Shown piece after piece: positions 28,231-37,513 of a stretch of 64,000 nt of DNA. The position numbers and the translations under genes are program-made. The stretch is from Candidatus Poribacteria bacterium (GTDB lineage: Bacteria; Poribacteria; WGA-4E; GCA-2687025), in NCBI GenBank assembly GCA_963665845.2, contig OY762492.1, positions 2,464,001 to 2,528,000 of the forward strand, in the 5' to 3' direction. Every line of letters begins with the position of its first letter. Positions within the stretch are counted from its first letter, which is position 1. Under the pieces are notes generated by a model. The model had not been told where the DNA came from. It made no database searches and saw only the letters and a program-made list of their open reading frames with translations.

Positions 28231-29421
28231 TCAATCAAGCGGGAAGCTTGGCACCTGCATATAGGTCGTCCAGTTCTCATGGTAGATGCGCCATTCGCCG
28301 TTTTCGTTGACGACGAACTTCAAGGTTTTGCGCCCTTCGTCAGAGTAGGCGATCTCGTTTTGACCGTCCGCGTCTCGGTACGCTTTGTAGGTTTGATTGA
28401 ATTGCAGGTCGGCTTCGGCGCGGTCGCCTTCTATGCTCAAGTTGGAGATTTTGATGTCGATGTCGCTGTATTTTTGCGCAAGGCGCATCATCCGGGCGCG
28501 CAGCTCCGCCACGGTCAACGGCTCCCGTATCTCGCTTCCCTCCACAACGGTCACGCGGACGATCTCCGCAAAATCCGCATACCATTTGATGTAATCTTCC
28601 ACGTCTCTCCGCTCCCATGCGGTCTGCCAGGCGTCCAGTATCTGCCGCAGTTTGAGCTGGGTGTCGATGGGCGCGCCTTCCTCCTGTGTCGGCTCCGCCG
28701 TTTCGACCAGCGGGTCCGCGTCCATGGCGCCGGGCGTTTCCACAACGGGAGACGGCTCCAGCGCTATCGCCGGCGTCTGCGACGCCATGTCGGAGATGCG
28801 CCACTGCCGCGCCCAGCCGCCCCGCTCCATATTGAAAGTATATTCCGGCCCTTTCGCGTCCAGATGAAAGGTCAACTCCGCCGCGTTTTCGTCGTCAGGG
28901 TCCGGCGTCTGCGCCGCCTGGACAGAAAGACGATTCTCCTCATTCAGCAGCGGCGCGTCCGACGGCTCAAGAAGAACGCCCCCGTCCCGAAGCTTGTTCA
29001 GCAGCTCCTCGCCTGTCGTCCATGAGGAGCCGCTTGAAACGGTCGATTTCAACAGCAGCTTTTCAAACTGCTCCTTTGCCGCTTCGTCGGTGTCCAGCAG
29101 AACGACGCCGTTCCACCGCGCGATGAACCCGTCCAGCGTCTCCGGCTGCGGCCTTGACCACATGACGATTCCCCATATGATCAAAATCAGCGCGGCGACT
29201 CCGCCGATCCAGACGACCGCGCGCATCTGCCTGTTCTCCCGCGCCGCGCGTTCCGTTTCTTCAACGGGCGGCGCGAGCGATTCGTCCGCCGTTTCAGATG
29301 CGTTCTCTTCAGGCGCCGGTTCTGAAGTTGGACTCGATGCCTCTTCAGATGCGTTCTCTTCAGGCTCCGTCTCTGAAGTTGAACTCGATTCTTCGTCCGC
29401 GTTCTTTTCGTCAGCCCACAT
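28231..29421 (-). CDS. Single-pass membrane protein with a C-terminal NTF2/SnoaL-like domain
   Basis: Acidic N-terminus, one TM helix, WQTAWERRDVEDYIKWY..WRIYHENW. Confidence 0.65.
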   Translation of the reverse strand: MWADEKNADEESSSTSETEPEENASEEASSPTSEPAPEENASETADESLAPPVEETERAARENRQMRAVVWIGGVAALILIIWGIVMWSRPQPETLDGFIARWNGVVLLDTDEAAKEQFEKLLLKSTVSSGSSWTTGEELLNKLRDGGVLLEPSDAPLLNEENRLSVQAAQTPDPDDENAAELTFHLDAKGPEYTFNMERGGWARQWRISDMASQTPAIALEPSPVVETPGAMDADPLVETAEPTQEEGAPIDTQLKLRQILDAWQTAWERRDVEDYIKWYADFAEIVRVTVVEGSEIREPLTVAELRARMMRLAQKYSDIDIKISNLSIEGDRAEADLQFNQTYKAYRDADGQNEIAYSDEGRKTLKFVVNENGEWRIYHENWTTYMQVPSFPLD

Positions 29422-29444
29422 GGCGCGTCTCCTTTCTCACCCGT

Positions 29445-30704
29445 TCATTTTTCTTCAAACGTCGGCGCCGCTTCATAAAACCGCCACTCCTCTTTCACGA
29501 TGCGCCAAGAATCCGCCATGGAGGACCAGTAGGACTTGCGGATCCAGTAGTCGGGCGCGTCGGGCGATGAGCTTTTGCGCCGATATGAAAGTTCCGACAC
29601 CGCCTGTTTTCCTTCGCCTCTCAAGGCTGCTTTGCCGACCGGCGTCCACGCGCTCGGATCGGATCCGCTCACCCGCTCCATGAATTGCGTTCTCGGCGTC
29701 TCCGCCCTGTTTTCAGCGCCTTTCTTGACATCGACACGGTACGCTTTGAGGCTGGGCGCGTAGTACGCCGCATGCGTTTTGGCGTCGCGCCGTTCCCATG
29801 CGCGCTTCCATTGCGCGACAACGTTCCGCGCCGCCTGCATCTGCGCATCGGTCAGCTCGGACGGCTTGGGGCGCGTCTGAGCCTTCGCTTTTGCGATCGC
29901 CGCCTCTCTCTGCGCTTGACGCTGCGCGCCCGCCGCCGCTTTTGAATACGCCTCGGCAAGTCGGCGCGCTTCCGTCTTTTCGCGCGCCGCCTCTTTTTGC
30001 GCGGCTTGCGCCTTCGCTTCCGCCAGCTGCGCCGCCTTGCGCGCCTGCTGCAGTTGACGGTCCAATTCCGCCTTCAGCGCGGCGTTTTCAGACGCTCGGT
30101 CGTTCGCCGCCTGGATGCGCGCCTCTTTTTGCGCCAGTTCGCTTCTTGCCGTTTCCAGCTCCCGCCCCAATGCGTGAGCGCGTTCCTGCGCGTCCCGTTC
30201 GCGTTGACGCGCCGCCTCCGCCTGCCGCTGTAAATTGCCCAGCTCCAGCCCCAAGGTTTCGATCTCGGTCTGTATGGTTCTGATGGCTCCGCGCGCCTGT
30301 TCAGTCTCCAGCCTCGCCGCTTCCAGCTGGTTCAGCGTTTCCTGCCGGCGCCTCTCCTCCTCGGCGGCAAAACGTTTCAGCGCGTCCGACTGCGCGTCCA
30401 GAGCCGCGATGCGCTGCGCCTGCGCGGACGCCTTATGCGCGAACCGAAGCGCCTCCACCCCGTTTTTTTCGGCGAGAGAACGGCGCGCCTCGGCAAGGTT
30501 CGTCTGCGCCTCCGCGAGAGCCGCCTGCGCGTAAATGTCCATATCGGCGGAACGGGCGTTGTCGATATGCGCCTGCGCCTCCTGTATCGCCGCCTCCACA
30601 TCCGCCGTTTCCAGCGGTCCGAGTCCAGACGAGCCGCACCCGATTGCGCCCGCTAAAAGAAGCGGCGCGAAGAGGAGCGTTTTGATGTTGAGCGTTCTTT
30701 TCAT
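29445..30704 (-). CDS. Lipoprotein: DUF4398-like N-terminus, coiled coil, C-terminal NTF2-like domain
   Basis: Lipobox AIGC; long Ala/Glu/Gln/Arg heptads; WKRAWERRD..YY..WRIVKEEW. Confidence 0.65.
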   Translation of the reverse strand: MKRTLNIKTLLFAPLLLAGAIGCGSSGLGPLETADVEAAIQEAQAHIDNARSADMDIYAQAALAEAQTNLAEARRSLAEKNGVEALRFAHKASAQAQRIAALDAQSDALKRFAAEEERRRQETLNQLEAARLETEQARGAIRTIQTEIETLGLELGNLQRQAEAARQRERDAQERAHALGRELETARSELAQKEARIQAANDRASENAALKAELDRQLQQARKAAQLAEAKAQAAQKEAAREKTEARRLAEAYSKAAAGAQRQAQREAAIAKAKAQTRPKPSELTDAQMQAARNVVAQWKRAWERRDAKTHAAYYAPSLKAYRVDVKKGAENRAETPRTQFMERVSGSDPSAWTPVGKAALRGEGKQAVSELSYRRKSSSPDAPDYWIRKSYWSSMADSWRIVKEEWRFYEAAPTFEEK

Positions 30705-30868
30705 GGCGGGAGCCTCCTTCGGGTTGCGCGTCTGCGGTCTATGCGTTAGCCTTTTGCCGCATTATACCGCAGTCGGCGGGAGATTTGGTTGTTTAACTCT
30801 TATCTTTTTATGAAAAGAAGCGGAAATTATTGTCATTAATCTCCCGCATCCGATTTCCCCCTTGAAAA

Positions 30869-32131
30869 GGGTACTACACGTTTGACTAGATAAGCGGATT
30901 GCGCTACACTAAAGGGAGATTGAGAAAGGAAATTCCAATGCAGTCTACCAGTATCTACGAGATTTTTGAAAAATATCCCGATGAAAAAAGCGCCGCCAGA
31001 TTCTTTGAAGAAAGCCGATGGCCGAACCACATCTGCTGCCCCCGATGCGATTCCAAAAACATCGCCCGAGTGAAAAACGCCAAACCGATGCCGCTCAGAT
31101 GCCGAACATGCCGCAAGTATTTCAGCGTCCGCACGGGAACCATCATGGAGAAAAGCAAAATCCCCCTCCATATGTGGCTTCTGGCGCTCTATTTGTTCCT
31201 GACGTTTAAGAAGGGCGTATCGAGCGTTACGATGGGTAAGCTACTGGGCATAAGGCAGGACTCCGCATGGTCCCTAGGCCACCGCATTCGAGCCTCGATG
31301 GTAAGCGACGACGAAATGCTGAGCGGAACCGTGGAGATAGACGAGGTCTACGTCGGCGGCAAAGAGGGTAGTAAGCATCGCAGAAAAAAGCTGGGCGTCG
31401 GAAGCGGAACCCGCGGCAAGCAGACCGTGATCGGCATGCGTCAAAGAAACGGCGAAATCCGCGCGTTTCTGCTGGACAATATGAAGATAAAAACGGTTCA
31501 TGGCGCTGTAAGGGCGAATGTGGCGCCTGGGTCAACCGTTTATACCGACGCTCTCCCGACCTACAAGGGCATGGAGGAATACGCGCATGCCGCTGTCTCG
31601 CATCAGAAAGGCGAGTATGTTCGCGGCGATGTTCACACCAACAGCATCGAGTCGTTCTGGGCCGTCCTGAAACGCGGGTACCGCGGCGTTTACCATTACA
31701 TGTCGTTTAAACACCTGGGTCTATACGTCAAAGAATTCGTCTACCGGTTCAATGTTGGAAACGACAACCGCATCGAAACGCTTGCCAAGATTGTTCCGCG
31801 CATGGTCGGTAAACGCCTTACTTACGCGGATCTGGTGAAATAAAGCGGTTGCAGTTCTAAAACCTGTGAGGCAGGATACATGCAGGCATCGTGCGTATGG
31901 TTGCAGCGGTAGATTGTGCCGAATGCGCCAAAACAAGCGCGAAAGCGGAAATAACATCGGCAGTTCTAGGAGATGAAATGAAATGGGCTGGCAGTGTTGC
32001 GTCCAACGCAACGCCGCCAGCCCGAGATGAGTCGTAAGCAACGAATTACGGCAAGAAAAAACGTAAAAAAAACGCAACGCTGAAAACAATGGCGGGGTAT
32101 ATGCCTCTGGCAAATCAAACGTGTAGTTCCC
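30869..32131 (+). mobile_element. Complete IS1595-family insertion sequence
   Basis: 17-bp TIRs GGGTACTACACGTTTGA / TCAAACGTGTAGTTCCC; 8-bp TSD CTTGAAAA at 30861-30868 and 32132-32139. Confidence 0.93.
30938..31843 (+). CDS. IS1595-family transposase
   Basis: Zn ribbon CPRC..CRTC; VEIDEVY, YTD, HTNSIESFW, YVKEF..RFN, KRLTY. Confidence 0.95.
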   Translation: MQSTSIYEIFEKYPDEKSAARFFEESRWPNHICCPRCDSKNIARVKNAKPMPLRCRTCRKYFSVRTGTIMEKSKIPLHMWLLALYLFLTFKKGVSSVTMGKLLGIRQDSAWSLGHRIRASMVSDDEMLSGTVEIDEVYVGGKEGSKHRRKKLGVGSGTRGKQTVIGMRQRNGEIRAFLLDNMKIKTVHGAVRANVAPGSTVYTDALPTYKGMEEYAHAAVSHQKGEYVRGDVHTNSIESFWAVLKRGYRGVYHYMSFKHLGLYVKEFVYRFNVGNDNRIETLAKIVPRMVGKRLTYADLVK

Positions 32132-32183
32132 CTTGAAAAGGGGAGTCCCGAAACCGCGCCCCAACCGCTGTTATTGGCTATTC

Positions 32184-32300
32184 GTCATTCCCGCGTAAGC
32201 GGGAATCTAGAGGCGTCGCAGAAGAAGTCCGCGTTCGCCCGCCGGCATGTCCAATTAAAGACGTAAGGACAGATTCCTCTTGAAAGGGGCTAGGGGGGTT
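32184..32300. repeat. Half-MITE plus palindromic repeats
   Basis: gtcattcccgcgtaagcgggaat ... gacgtaaggacag, then cctcttgaaagggg. Confidence 0.7.
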
Positions 32301-32489
32301 TAAAGGACAGCGCAGGACGTTTAAGGTGAAAATGAATAGCTCCGCATGGGCGTACCGCCGAATTTTTTTAAAAAACGACGCCGCTGTACGGCTATACTTG
32401 TTGAACATCGAAGCGCATGCGCCGGCTCATAGGAACGGCGCGGCGGCAGTCGCTGTTCAACAACCTTTTAATAGAAGAAAGGCGAAGCG

Positions 32490-33701
32490 ATGGAGCAATG
32501 GAAACCGATCGGCGGAGGCATCAACGCGGCGAAGGGATTCATATCCGCGGGTGTCGAAGCGCGTATCCGTTACCGCGGACGCCCTGACGTCGGCATCGCT
32601 CTCTGCTCAACGCGCGCTTCGGCGGCGGCCGTCTTCACCCAAAACCGATTCGCTTCCCCGACCATCGCCTGCGACAAGGAGCGTCTAGCGCAAACAGGCG
32701 GATATGCGCGGGCGGTCGTTGTGAACGCCGGCAACGCGAACGCCGCCACCGGCGAGCGCGGACTCGCCGACGCCAACGCCATGTGCGACCGCGCCGCCGA
32801 AAAGCTGGGCGTCAACCCCGCTGAAACGCTGGGCGCCTCTACAGGCGTCATCGGTCAGTTTTTGCCGATGGATAAGACGCTGAACGGCGTTGACGCCGCT
32901 GCGGAAGCGGTTAAAAACGGCGGAAACGAACTCTTCTCCAGCGCCATTTTGACGACAGATCATGCGGAAAAAACGAGCGCCGTTGAAGCGGTCATCGACG
33001 GAAAAACGACGCGCATCGGCGGCTGCGCCAAAGGCAGCGGCATGATCGCGCCGAACATGGCGACGATGCTCGCGTTCATCTCAACCGACGCGGCGGCCGC
33101 GCCTGAATTTTTACAGCAGGCGCTGCGCAGAGCGGCGGCGAAAACCTTCAACCGCATCAGCGTTGACGGCGACTGCAGCACCAACGATCTCGTTCTTGTC
33201 ATGGCGTCCGGCATGTCGGCGCCGATCGAATCGCACACGGAGGCGGCGGACATTTTTGAAGCGGGGCTGGAGCGGGTCTGCCGGGAGCTGGCGGTTCAAA
33301 TCGTCCGCGACGGCGAAGGCGCGTCCGCGCTGATCGAGGTGACGGTGAACGGCGCGCGTACTGAAGAAGAGGCGGAAATCGCCGCGCGGGCGGTCGCCGA
33401 ATCCTCGCTTGTCAAAACCGCCGTGTACGGCAAGGACGCGAACTGGGGGCGCATCCTGTGCGCGCTTGGATACTCCGGCGCGCAATTCGACCCCAAAAAT
33501 GTCAGCCTGCGACTTGGAGAGACGGCGCTGGTGAAGGAAGGGCGCCCGCTCAACTACAGCGAAGAGGAAGCCTCCGCCCGCCTTTCAGAAGACCCGGTGC
33601 GCGTCATCGCCGACCTCGGCGCGGGGGACGGGCATGCCGTCTTCTGGACATGCGACCTGACGCACGGCTACATCGACATCAACGCCTCCTACAGATCATA
33701 A
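32490..33701 (+). CDS. argJ: Bifunctional glutamate N-acetyltransferase/amino-acid acetyltransferase
   Basis: NAGNANAATG, KGSGMIAPNMATML, VRDGEGA, WTCDLT..YIDINASYRS. Confidence 0.97.
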   Translation: MEQWKPIGGGINAAKGFISAGVEARIRYRGRPDVGIALCSTRASAAAVFTQNRFASPTIACDKERLAQTGGYARAVVVNAGNANAATGERGLADANAMCDRAAEKLGVNPAETLGASTGVIGQFLPMDKTLNGVDAAAEAVKNGGNELFSSAILTTDHAEKTSAVEAVIDGKTTRIGGCAKGSGMIAPNMATMLAFISTDAAAAPEFLQQALRRAAAKTFNRISVDGDCSTNDLVLVMASGMSAPIESHTEAADIFEAGLERVCRELAVQIVRDGEGASALIEVTVNGARTEEEAEIAARAVAESSLVKTAVYGKDANWGRILCALGYSGAQFDPKNVSLRLGETALVKEGRPLNYSEEEASARLSEDPVRVIADLGAGDGHAVFWTCDLTHGYIDINASYRS

Positions 33702-33715
33702 GAACGGAGCGGAGC

Positions 33716-34627
33716 ATGGATTGCAGCATTGGACATATGACCGACCGCGCGCATCTCCTGATCGAAGCGCTGCCGTATATTCGGCAGTTTTACGGCAAAA
33801 CGATCGTCGTCAAATACGGCGGGCATGCGCTCGGCGATATGGAGGTGCGGCGATGCATCACCAACGACATCATTCTGATGAAGTATGTCGGAATGAAGCC
33901 GATACTGGTTCACGGCGGCGGTCCGCAGATTAGCGCGCTGATGTCCCGCGTCGGCAAAACGTCGGAGTTTGTGAACGGACTGCGCGTCACGGACGAGGAC
34001 GCGGTTGAGCTGGTGGAGATGGCGCTGGTTGGGCAGGTCAACAAAAGCGTCGTTTCGCTCATCAACCAGATGGGCGGAAGCGCGGTCGGTATCAGCGGCA
34101 AGGACGGCGGCATGATACGCGCCCGCAAAAAATACGCGCGCGTTCAACAGGAAAACGGCAGCGAAGAGCTGGTCGACATCGGGTATGTGGGCGAGATCAC
34201 GGAGGTGAACTCCGCCCCCATCCGCGCCCTTGAAGACGGCGGATTTGTGCCGGTCATTGCCGGCATCGGAACGGGAGAGAACGGCGAGACGTACAATATC
34301 AACGCGGACACCGCCGCCGGACGCATCGCCGCGGCGCTTGGCGCCGAAAAGTTTATCCTGTTGACCGACGTCCGCGGCGTCCTGCGCGACCCCTCGGACG
34401 AATCGACGCTCATCTCCACCATGCGCGTCTCCGACGCCCCGAAACTGATTGCGGACGGAACGCTCGCCGGCGGCATGATACCGAAGACGGAGGCATGCAT
34501 CGAAGCGCTGCGTCAAGGCGTCCGGAAAGCGCACATCATCGATGGGCGCATCTCGCATTCGCTCCTGCTGGAGATCTTCACGGACGAGGGCATCGGCACG
34601 CAGATTCTTCCTGACGGCGAGGAGTGA
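33716..34627 (+). CDS. argB: Acetylglutamate kinase
   Basis: EALPYI, VVKYGG, VHGGGPQI, YNINAD, GGMIPK, LLLEIFT. Confidence 0.97.
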   Translation: MDCSIGHMTDRAHLLIEALPYIRQFYGKTIVVKYGGHALGDMEVRRCITNDIILMKYVGMKPILVHGGGPQISALMSRVGKTSEFVNGLRVTDEDAVELVEMALVGQVNKSVVSLINQMGGSAVGISGKDGGMIRARKKYARVQQENGSEELVDIGYVGEITEVNSAPIRALEDGGFVPVIAGIGTGENGETYNINADTAAGRIAAALGAEKFILLTDVRGVLRDPSDESTLISTMRVSDAPKLIADGTLAGGMIPKTEACIEALRQGVRKAHIIDGRISHSLLLEIFTDEGIGTQILPDGEE

Positions 34628-34659
34628 CGCTTAGGCGCCGCGGTCGCTGTCCGCCCGCG

Positions 34660-34832
34660 GAAACCCCCCCCCCCCGCCCCCCTTTTCAAGGGGGGAGTCT
34701 AGAAACCCCCCCAGCCCCCCTTTTCAAGGGGGGAGTCTAGAAACCCGCGCCAACCCGCCGTCATTCCCGCGCAAGCGGGAATCTAGAGGCGCCGCAGAAG
34801 ACGTCCGCGTTGCATGCCGACATGTTCAAACT
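34660..34832. repeat. Composite repeat cluster with half-MITE
   Basis: Two ccccttttcaagggggg units; palindrome at 34763-34782; MITE arm. Confidence 0.8.
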
Positions 34833-34894
34833 TGCATCCGTCCGCCGTTTACGTGTATCATAAAAAGCGCGCCTACATGCAGACGGGAGAACCG

Positions 34895-36025
34895 ATGCGC
34901 ATCAACATTCAACGCGCGGTCGACAAAGCGCGACGCAACGAACGGCTCAACCTAGAGGACGCCCTTGCGTTATGGGAATCGAACGACCTGCCTCTGCTCG
35001 GAAGCCTGGCGCAGCGCGCCCGCTTTCAGCGCAAGCCGGACGACATCGTCACCTTCATCGCCTCCCGAAACATCAACTACACGAACGTGTGCTGGGTACA
35101 GTGTAAATTCTGCGCCTTTTACCGGCTCCCGAATTCTCCCGAAGGATACACGCTTCCCGACGAAGAGATTTTTCAAAAAATCGAAGAGCTGGTCGCAGCG
35201 GGCGGATATGAAATACTGATACAGGGCGGACTCAACCCGAAACTGCGCATCGACTACTTTGAGCGCCTCTTCGGCGCGATACGCGATCGGTACCCGACCG
35301 TCCATATACACGGACTCTCCGTCGCGGAGGTCATGTATATCGCCAAAATATCGAAGCTGACCATCCGAGAGACGCTTCAACGGCTCCAAGCGTCCGGGAT
35401 GCGCACCGTCCCCGGCGCCGGCGGAGAGATACTGGACGACGAAGCGCGCCAGATCATCGCCCCGTATAAAGACACGACGCAGGAGTGGCTGGATGTCATG
35501 CGCACAGCGCATCAGCTCGGCATGCGCTCCACGGCGACGATGATGTACGGGCATGTGGAGACGATTGAACATCGCATGAAGCACCTGATGCGAGTCCGCG
35601 AGCTGCAGGATGAAACGGGCGGGTTCACCGCCTTTGCCGCGTGGAGCTTTCAGCCGGACGGAACCGATCTGCCGATCGCAAAACGCTCCAGCGGATTTGA
35701 GCATCTGAAGATGATGGCGATGTGCCGCCTCATGCTGGACAATATCGACAACCTGCAGGCGTCATGGGTCACGCAGGGACCGAAAATCGCGCAAATATCG
35801 CTTGACTTCGGCGTGAACGACTTTGGGCAGACGATGATGGAGGAGAATGTGGTCAGCGCCGCCGGAACCGCCTTCACTATGGACGCGCCCGAAATATGCC
35901 GCCTCATCCGCAACGCCGGCTACACGCCGCGCCTGCGCAACGCTTACTACGACGACATGGGCGACCCCGATCTGCTGCCGAAGCCGAAACGCGCCCCGCT
36001 TGACCTGCCGCTTGTGAACGCCTGA
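34895..36025 (+). CDS. mqnC: Cyclic dehypoxanthine futalosine synthase (CofH/MqnC radical SAM)
   Basis: RNINYTNVCxxxCxFC, TATMMYGH, QASWVTQG, MMEENVVSAAG. Confidence 0.85.
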   Translation: MRINIQRAVDKARRNERLNLEDALALWESNDLPLLGSLAQRARFQRKPDDIVTFIASRNINYTNVCWVQCKFCAFYRLPNSPEGYTLPDEEIFQKIEELVAAGGYEILIQGGLNPKLRIDYFERLFGAIRDRYPTVHIHGLSVAEVMYIAKISKLTIRETLQRLQASGMRTVPGAGGEILDDEARQIIAPYKDTTQEWLDVMRTAHQLGMRSTATMMYGHVETIEHRMKHLMRVRELQDETGGFTAFAAWSFQPDGTDLPIAKRSSGFEHLKMMAMCRLMLDNIDNLQASWVTQGPKIAQISLDFGVNDFGQTMMEENVVSAAGTAFTMDAPEICRLIRNAGYTPRLRNAYYDDMGDPDLLPKPKRAPLDLPLVNA

Positions 36026-36031
36026 AACGGG

Positions 36032-36796
36032 TTGATGACCGTCTCTTTTTATGCGGTGTGCGCGCAGATGGCGGTGGGAGGGTTCGCGTCGCTTCTGTTC
36101 GCGCCGCCCCGTCAGATTGGGCGCGGGTTTTACAGGCTCGCCGCCGCCATTTACGCCGCCGCGGTTGGAGCGCTCATCTGGCTCGGTCCGCAAACGCCGT
36201 TCGGCGCCTTCTCCGCCGCCGGGGCGATTTTTTCAGCGCTTGTTTTTCTCGGCGCCGTTCTCTCATGGACGCGCTGGGCTGCGCTCATGCCGATTCTGGC
36301 ATGGGCGTCCATACCGGCGGGCGCGTTTTTTTTAATCGCCCTGGCGTCGCGCGTCCATGCGGCGCTTTCGCCCGCTTTGAATGCGCAGACGCTCGCCGTC
36401 CGCTTCGGGCTGTCGGCGGGGCTGGTCGGCTTCTCTATGACCGCCATGCTGTTTGGACACTGGTATCTCACAACGCCTGAAATGCCGACCCGCTGCCTGA
36501 TGCGCCTTCAGCGCTGCCTGCTGGCCGCCTGGGCGGGAACGGCGGCATGGATACTTTACTCGTTATGGGGGCGGTGGGGATACGCTTCGCTGACGGCTCC
36601 CGGCGGCGTCTTTATACTGGCGCGAATTCTGTTTGGAGCGGCGGCGGTCGGCGCATGCGTCTGGCTCGCCTGGTTTTTTCTGCGCGAAGAGTCGACGCAG
36701 TCGGCGACTGGCTTTCTGTATCTCGCGTCGGTCTTTGCGGTTATGGGCGAGTTTCTCGCTTACGATTTGACGCTGCGCGCGGGCTTGCCTATCTGA
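36032..36796 (+). CDS. Multi-pass membrane protein of unknown function
   Basis: About 8 hydrophobic segments; AMLFGHWYL..P.M and STQSATGFLY motifs. Confidence 0.7.
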   Translation: MMTVSFYAVCAQMAVGGFASLLFAPPRQIGRGFYRLAAAIYAAAVGALIWLGPQTPFGAFSAAGAIFSALVFLGAVLSWTRWAALMPILAWASIPAGAFFLIALASRVHAALSPALNAQTLAVRFGLSAGLVGFSMTAMLFGHWYLTTPEMPTRCLMRLQRCLLAAWAGTAAWILYSLWGRWGYASLTAPGGVFILARILFGAAAVGACVWLAWFFLREESTQSATGFLYLASVFAVMGEFLAYDLTLRAGLPI

Positions 36797-36843
36797 AAAC
36801 CTTGTGGCATACTATAAACGACGCGCGCAACTGAAGGACGGCG

Positions 36844-37275
36844 ATGAATATTTCGTTTGACAATATCAAGATCCGAACGACGGAGCGATTCGAGCTGCAG
36901 GACATCACCGGCAAGGTTCTGGAGATCCTGCGCAAATCCAAAATCAAGAACGGGTTTATCAACCTCGCTTCGCTCCACACGACCACAAGCCTGCTGCTCA
37001 ACGAGTTTCAGAGCGCTCTTTTGGACGACATCAAGCGCATGCTGAAACGGCTGGTGGACGACAACGACTGGTTCCAGCACAACTCGGTCGACTTCTCCGA
37101 CTGCGAACGCAAGAACGCCGCATCTCATCTTAGAGGGTTGATTTTAGGCACCGGCGCGCTCTGCATTCAGGTGGCGCGCGGGGAGCTGGTCTTGGGTCAA
37201 TTTCAGAGCGTTATCTTTGCCGAGCTGGACGGACCGCGCGAACGCGCCTTGCAGGTGCAGCTGGTCGGCGAATAG
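36844..37275 (+). CDS. yjbQ: YjbQ (UPF0047) family protein
   Basis: HTTTSLLLNE, NAASHL, LGQFQSVIFAELDGPR. Confidence 0.85.
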   Translation: MNISFDNIKIRTTERFELQDITGKVLEILRKSKIKNGFINLASLHTTTSLLLNEFQSALLDDIKRMLKRLVDDNDWFQHNSVDFSDCERKNAASHLRGLILGTGALCIQVARGELVLGQFQSVIFAELDGPRERALQVQLVGE

Positions 37276-37356
37276 CGGGCGCCCGCTGGTCGGCGGAAAT
37301 CGCAGCAGAGAAATCAGCGGCGCCTAAGGTTGCCGCATGTCCAGGCGGTTTGGCTC

Positions 37357-37513
37357 TCATTCTCTTCTCAACCGCTCCCGTTTCAGATCGGCAATCAGCT
37401 CCTCCATAGATCGTTTCCCTTTCTTCGAATTGCATGCCGCGCATGATGTCCAGGTTGTCGCCCGTCCAGATTGTTTGCGAAGCGAAATTAGCGGCGCGCG
37501 TTTCTTGTTTCAT
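37357..37513 (-). pseudogene. Internally deleted remnant of a DNA methyltransferase-HNH gene
   Basis: The 5' end encodes TIWTGDNLDIMRGM; the shifted frame continues ACNSKKGKRSMEELIADLK; both match the ends of 50274-51539. Confidence 0.85.

Noticed and set aside
31844-32114. A guide RNA encoding the IS target site
   Set aside because: Only a partial TGAAAA match to the target is present, which is not enough to claim RNA-guided targeting; the hairpin is reported without that claim
37211-37513. 100-aa ORF as a real protein
   Set aside because: Out-of-frame chimera produced by the MTase deletion
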